Source of the DNA: Candidatus Hermodarchaeum yapensis
GTDB lineage: Archaea; Asgardarchaeota; Hermodarchaeia; Hermodarchaeales; Hermodarchaeaceae
Length of the DNA stretch: 28,034 nt
Assembly (NCBI GenBank): GCA_016840405.1
Contig: JAEOSK010000034.1
Coordinates: 1-28,034, forward strand
Reading direction: 5' to 3'
Position 1 is the stretch's first letter. Each line of letters opens with the position of its first letter. This document shows, piece by piece, positions 23,776 to 28,034 of this stretch. A program made the position numbers and the translations under genes. Under the pieces are notes generated by a model. That model did not search any database, had not been told where the DNA came from, and was given only the letters and a program-made list of their open reading frames with translations.

Positions 23776-24594
23776 GTGTCCAAGCCCCGAACCACCAAGA
23801 AATCAACCAAGGTCAAGAAAACCACAAGAAAGCCCAAGGCCAAACCTAAGGCAAAACCCAAGAAGAAACCTCCAACCGTAGCTGTACTCAAAGAAGGCGA
23901 TTTCATCTTGGCTGATTTCGTTGGGTACACACACGACGATCACCGGCTTTTTGACACCACCAAAGAAGATGTCGCCAAAGCTGAGAACGTGTTCGACGAA
24001 CAAGAAATCTATCAACCACGCCTCGTAATCGTCGGACAAGGCTGGATCGTACCCGGCGTCGATGAAGCACTCATCGGCATGAAAGTGGGAGACACCAAAA
24101 AAATCGTATTAGAACCCGAGAAAGCCTTTGGTGTTCGCGATGCTAGCCAAGTTCGCATTATACCACGGGCCCGCATCAAAAGCGATCAAAAACTCGCCCG
24201 CGGAATGCGTGTTCGCATCGGCAATCAAAGTGGAACTGTGCGCCACGTCGGTGGAGGTCGCGTCACCGTCGACTTCAACCCCATTCTCGCTGGCCACACG
24301 GTGGATTACAAAATATCGGTCGTCAAAAAACTCAGTAAATCGAAAGAGAAGCTGGAAGCCTTCGTTTTCCGTCGATTTACTGGGGTTGAAGCTGGTTCCA
24401 TTACAATTACGACAAAAGGCAAAACGGTAACCATTGGCATCAGTGCGGACCCTCGAATTCTTCTCAATCAATCCCTCCAGATATGGAAACTGGGGCTCAC
24501 CCACGATATCGAGACCTACCTGAAAGACAAATACACCAAGGTCTTTTTCACCGAGGAATGGGAAGTCAGCTCGCCACCAACTCCCGAAAGCTAA
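23776..24594 (+). CDS. long-type archaeal FKBP peptidyl-prolyl isomerase (SlyD/FKBP26-like) with Lys-rich N-terminal extension
   Basis: GDFI..DFVG...FDTT, VGQGWIVPGVDEAL, PEKAFG.RD, GRVTVDFNPILAG. Confidence 0.93.
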   Translation: MSKPRTTKKSTKVKKTTRKPKAKPKAKPKKKPPTVAVLKEGDFILADFVGYTHDDHRLFDTTKEDVAKAENVFDEQEIYQPRLVIVGQGWIVPGVDEALIGMKVGDTKKIVLEPEKAFGVRDASQVRIIPRARIKSDQKLARGMRVRIGNQSGTVRHVGGGRVTVDFNPILAGHTVDYKISVVKKLSKSKEKLEAFVFRRFTGVEAGSITITTKGKTVTIGISADPRILLNQSLQIWKLGLTHDIETYLKDKYTKVFFTEEWEVSSPPTPES

Positions 24595-24603
24595 AGCAAC
24601 ACC

Positions 24604-25056
24604 TTAGGAAACTCGAGTCACATCTGCAAGCCCTAACATTCGACGACGGGAACACTTCAACCCTGCTCGCTGATGCACCTTTTCAACCCGACACCGATCC
24701 CCATCCTTAATTCCTGTAGGATTACAGGCTTGATGGTACTCGCAATCCCATTTATCACAGGGTCGGACATGCACAGTAAACACCGCCCCTTCAAACAATT
24801 GGTGAGTAGGCAAAGTAACCTGCGCCCCCGCTTCTTCCACTTCAACGAGTTGAACACCATCCTCATGGATGGGGCAATCATGCTCACGATCCCGCACACT
24901 AATCACAGTATACACACGGTCGGGCTCAAGCTTATCACAACAGACTTTACGCAGGGGGCACTCAATGCACTTCGTGGTTCGCCCCATATAGACAAACTCA
25001 TTCCCCGCCCGTGCCTGTCGTTTCCCAACTAGTGTAATCACTGTCACAGAATCCAC
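24604..25056 (-). CDS. UPF0179 family protein
   Basis: ITLVG...G.EFVY.G...C..C.L...C..LEP...Y....VR...H.CP.HE.GV..VEVE. Confidence 0.9.
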   Translation of the reverse strand: MDSVTVITLVGKRQARAGNEFVYMGRTTKCIECPLRKVCCDKLEPDRVYTVISVRDREHDCPIHEDGVQLVEVEEAGAQVTLPTHQLFEGAVFTVHVRPCDKWDCEYHQACNPTGIKDGDRCRVEKVHQRAGLKCSRRRMLGLADVTRVS

Positions 25057-25144
25057 TCAACAAAACAAACTGCTATTCGTGTGTCCAGCTGGAACAAGAG
25101 AACAAGAAGTTTTTCCTTTTCCGGTTTCTCTCCATAGGTCCCTT

Positions 25145-25159
25145 AAAAAAGTTTAAATA
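25145..25159 (+). promoter_or_regulatory. BRE/TATA promoter upstream of the aCPSF1 leader
   Basis: AAAAAAG-TTTAAATA, about 225 nt upstream of the ATG. Confidence 0.55.
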
Positions 25160-25382
25160 CCGCGCCCCGACTCCTCAAATCGGCGAATCGGGTATGCGCC
25201 TACTTCTCGCACCGATTTGTCATTTTCCCTTAATTCAATAATTATTGTCAAGGCGTAGTACTTGGACATCTGTAGGGAAGTACCTTGAACATTCCATTAG
25301 TTCCTACGGCTTCACTTAAGCCGCAACCATTACTTCTACCCACCTATGCCTTACTCCATTAAAGCCCACGAGGAAAAAAACC

Positions 25383-28034
25383 ATGGCACTCGAAGACCCA
25401 TTGGAGGACTTTCGTCAAAAACTTCGAAAAAAACTGCCCAACGCAGCCGAAGTGACCCACATCGAATTTGAAGGTCCCGAAATTGCTATTTACGTACGAA
25501 AGCCCCGCGAAATCGGTGAACAGACCGCTATCAAAGAACTAGCCAAACAATTCCGCAAACGAATTGTCATCCGCTCAGATCCCGAGGTACGACGCCCACA
25601 TGATATTACAGAAGAAGAGATCCGAAAAATCGTTCCCGAAGAAGCCGAAATCACCGGCATCACCTTCAACGAAACCATCGGCGAAGTTATCATCGAAGCC
25701 AAAAAACCGGGACTCGTCATTGGGCGAACCGGCAACACGATGGAAGAAATCCGGCTCAAAACCCTCTGGCGCCCTTCCGTCATCCGAACCCCTCCCCTCC
25801 GCTCCGACACCATTCTCAAAATCCGAAACGCCATCCACAACTCTAGTGAAGAACGCAAAGCCATCCTCCGAACCATCGGCCGCCGCATTCACCGCCCACC
25901 CCTCCTCCGCAACGGCTACATTCGAATAACGCCACTTGGCGGCTTCCGCGAAGTGGGCCGCATGAGCCTGCTCGTCCAAACCCCCGAATCCAATATCATG
26001 CTTGACTGTGGCGTCAACGTCGGCGCCACCGAACAAGCCTTCCCCCGCTTCGACCTTCCCGAATTCGACATCTCCAAACTCGACGCCGCCATCATCACCC
26101 ATGCCCACCTTGACCACTGCCTTCCTCCAGAAACTCCAATACGAATGGCAAGCAATAGTTGGAAGCCAATCAGTGACATTAAGCCTGGCGATTTCGTAAC
26201 CAGCTACAATTGGGAACTTGGCACGTTCGAACCCGCTGAATGCGTTGGGAAAACAATAACCCACGGACATAACGAACGACTTGAAATCAGTACGCCATAC
26301 CATACCATCTCTGCCTCACCCAACCACCGCTTCTTCATCTATAAGGGATTAGAACTCCGTGAAATTGAAGCTCAAGATTTACGCAAAAACATGCTGCTCC
26401 CCATACAATCACCTGAACCCGTTAACACTGGACCCCCAATCCAACTAAACACCCAAATCCCTTTCTCCGGTAGATTCCCACTCAACCATGAAATACGAAG
26501 CGCACTAAGAAAACACAGGACAAAACGAAGCTTAACACAAAAGGAATTGGCTCAAGCTGTTGGTGTCCATCAGAATGCTATCTCAAAAATCGAAACCAAT
26601 CAGCAATTTGTAACCTTACCCTTATTGAAGGCATTAATTGAGTTCTTTGACATCGATTGGAATGAATTTGTTGAGAAATATCGTCTACCAAAACTTCCCG
26701 CTACTCTCTCTCCAGAGCTGGCACAAATTGTAGGCTATATTCAAGGTGATGGCCACAAGGCATCTGAATATTCATTCCGTATGACTGAGGTCGATCAATC
26801 AACTATTCAATCATACTGTTCTCTCTTTCACCAAGTTTTCAGGATTAATCCTGCTGTTAATCCACGCCTAGGTACAGAAGAACCCACATATTCAATTGAT
26901 GTCAATAACGCCTACATTTTACGGTTCCTCGAATCCAATTTTCCAAATATCTTTGCAAAAAGTCGCGAACTCCATGTACCTACTATTTTGTTAGCTGCTT
27001 CAAATAGCATCAAACAAGCCTATCTACGAGGGCTCTTTGATGCTGAAGGAACTGTCGTCAATTCTGTTCGGTTCTGCAGTTATAGCTCACGACTTCGCAG
27101 AGAGATTCAATTTCTCCTCTATCAGCTCAATATACCTGCTAGCAAACATCAAAAGACTCACACAGTGAGTATTAGCAGTGCTAATGCGATACTTCAATAC
27201 GCACAGCAGATAGGCTTTTCATCACAAACGAAAACACAGAAACTCCAACAACTGTGTAAATCGAAGAAAACCATCAACAGTGCCCAACACTTTGAACTCA
27301 TCCCGATTTCGTCATCAGATTTAGCACAAATTTTAGATGGAGTTGGTATTCTAGGGCGAATTCATCACAGCCCCCGCATCATTGATCTACCCTTTGCTAT
27401 CCTCGACTGGTACCGACGCAAATCAGGTTATGCAACACGAACAACTGCGAACCAACTTATTGAAGTGTTAAATGAACGATACAATACCCTTGAGGTTTTG
27501 AAAGATACAGCCCACGATGATCTCCTAGCAGCACGACGACAACTCACTATCCCCAGAACTCTTGTTGCAGAAGCTACGGGTCTCTCTTTGATGCAAATAC
27601 AATATCGCGAAGAAGCTCACCTTCATGACGAATTGACTCATCAGCTAGAAACTTTCATTCTCAACGAAATCGAGCGCATCCAAGAACGAATCCAACTTAC
27701 CATCCAAAAAATCAACCACCTCCTCTCACTGAACCTTGAATGGTACCCAATAAAGAGCATCCGACGAGTGACTAACACCGAACCGCTCATCGATATTGAA
27801 GTCCTACCCAACCGTAGTTTTGTAGCAAAAGGCATCATCGTTCACAACTGTGGGTTTGCCCCATTTCTGTACAAATATGGCTACGAAGGACCGGTCTATT
27901 GCACTTCTCCCACCCAAGACCTCATGACCATGCTCCAAATCGACTACCTCGAAGTTGCCCACCGCGAAGGCAAAATCGCCCCCTACGGACTCCGTGACGT
28001 CCGCAAACTCATCATGCACACCATACCCCTCAAC
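25383..28034 (+). CDS. fttA: beta-CASP ribonuclease aCPSF1/FttA (KH-KH-MBL), intein-containing, truncated by the window end; absent from the ORF track
   Basis: Own translation: MALEDPL...IEFEGPEIAIY...KRIVIRSDP...GEVIIEAKKPGLVIGRTG...LGGFREVGRM...LDCG...IITHAHLDH[intein]CGFAPFLYKYGYEGPVYCTSPTQDLM. Confidence 0.96.
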   Translation, partial: MALEDPLEDFRQKLRKKLPNAAEVTHIEFEGPEIAIYVRKPREIGEQTAIKELAKQFRKRIVIRSDPEVRRPHDITEEEIRKIVPEEAEITGITFNETIGEVIIEAKKPGLVIGRTGNTMEEIRLKTLWRPSVIRTPPLRSDTILKIRNAIHNSSEERKAILRTIGRRIHRPPLLRNGYIRITPLGGFREVGRMSLLVQTPESNIMLDCGVNVGATEQAFPRFDLPEFDISKLDAAIITHAHLDHCLPPETPIRMASNSWKPISDIKPGDFVTSYNWELGTFEPAECVGKTITHGHNERLEISTPYHTISASPNHRFFIYKGLELREIEAQDLRKNMLLPIQSPEPVNTGPPIQLNTQIPFSGRFPLNHEIRSALRKHRTKRSLTQKELAQAVGVHQNAISKIETNQQFVTLPLLKALIEFFDIDWNEFVEKYRLPKLPATLSPELAQIVGYIQGDGHKASEYSFRMTEVDQSTIQSYCSLFHQVFRINPAVNPRLGTEEPTYSIDVNNAYILRFLESNFPNIFAKSRELHVPTILLAASNSIKQAYLRGLFDAEGTVVNSVRFCSYSSRLRREIQFLLYQLNIPASKHQKTHTVSISSANAILQYAQQIGFSSQTKTQKLQQLCKSKKTINSAQHFELIPISSSDLAQILDGVGILGRIHHSPRIIDLPFAILDWYRRKSGYATRTTANQLIEVLNERYNTLEVLKDTAHDDLLAARRQLTIPRTLVAEATGLSLMQIQYREEAHLHDELTHQLETFILNEIERIQERIQLTIQKINHLLSLNLEWYPIKSIRRVTNTEPLIDIEVLPNRSFVAKGIIVHNCGFAPFLYKYGYEGPVYCTSPTQDLMTMLQIDYLEVAHREGKIAPYGLRDVRKLIMHTIPLN
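26118..27848 (+). mobile_element. intein (577 aa) with LAGLIDADG homing endonuclease and HTH insertions
   Basis: Block A CLPPETPI, block B SASPNHRFF, block C LAQIVGYIQGDG, block E AYLRGLFDAEG, blocks F/G LIDIEV..NRSFVAKGIIVHN followed by Cys+1; frame open throughout. Confidence 0.96.

Noticed and set aside
25490-28019. Track ORFs such as 25575..26303(-), 25564..25929(+) and 27804..28019(-)
   Set aside because: Shadows of the long aCPSF1 frame, which the track omitted because it has no stop within the window.

Overview
Archaeal chromosomal window. Gene content, tRNA introns and a DPM2/PIG-P-like protein suggest an Asgard/TACK-type lineage (inference). The left end holds four tRNA genes: Phe-GAA with two introns, Val-GAC, Gly-TCC with a T-loop intron, and Gly-GCC. 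A full-length tnpB broken by two in-frame stops lies between the two tRNA-Gly genes. The conserved translation/ribosome superoperon follows: rnp4-yhbY-rps19e-PDCD5-rpl39e-rpl31e-eIF6-rpl18a-pfdA-ftsY-argF-dtdA-secE-spt5-rpl11-rpl1-rpl10-rpl12. It is interrupted by a second tnpB 3'-end remnant and by an AT-rich islet flanked by direct repeats. After it come nip7/nop2, an orphan hypC, and a glycosylation cluster (DPM2/PIG-P-like protein, NDP-sugar pyrophosphorylase, split DUF1616, two GT4s, flippase). The right end has an FKBP PPIase, UPF0179, and aCPSF1/FttA (runs off the window) with a 577-aa LAGLIDADG+HTH intein right after its HxHxDH motif. Most notable: (1) a stand-alone structured RNA at ~16541-16705 with IS200/IS605 terminal-hairpin and HEARO/omega-RNA hallmarks but no nuclease gene, whose flanking 10 nt match the 23S rRNA peptidyl-transferase centre; (2) a protein with both DPM2 and PIG-P motifs near a PIG-A-like GT4; (3) three omega-RNA-like scaffolds with no intact nuclease; (4) a structured leader on the termination factor aCPSF1. 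All family assignments come from motif recognition by eye; no searches or folding programs were run.
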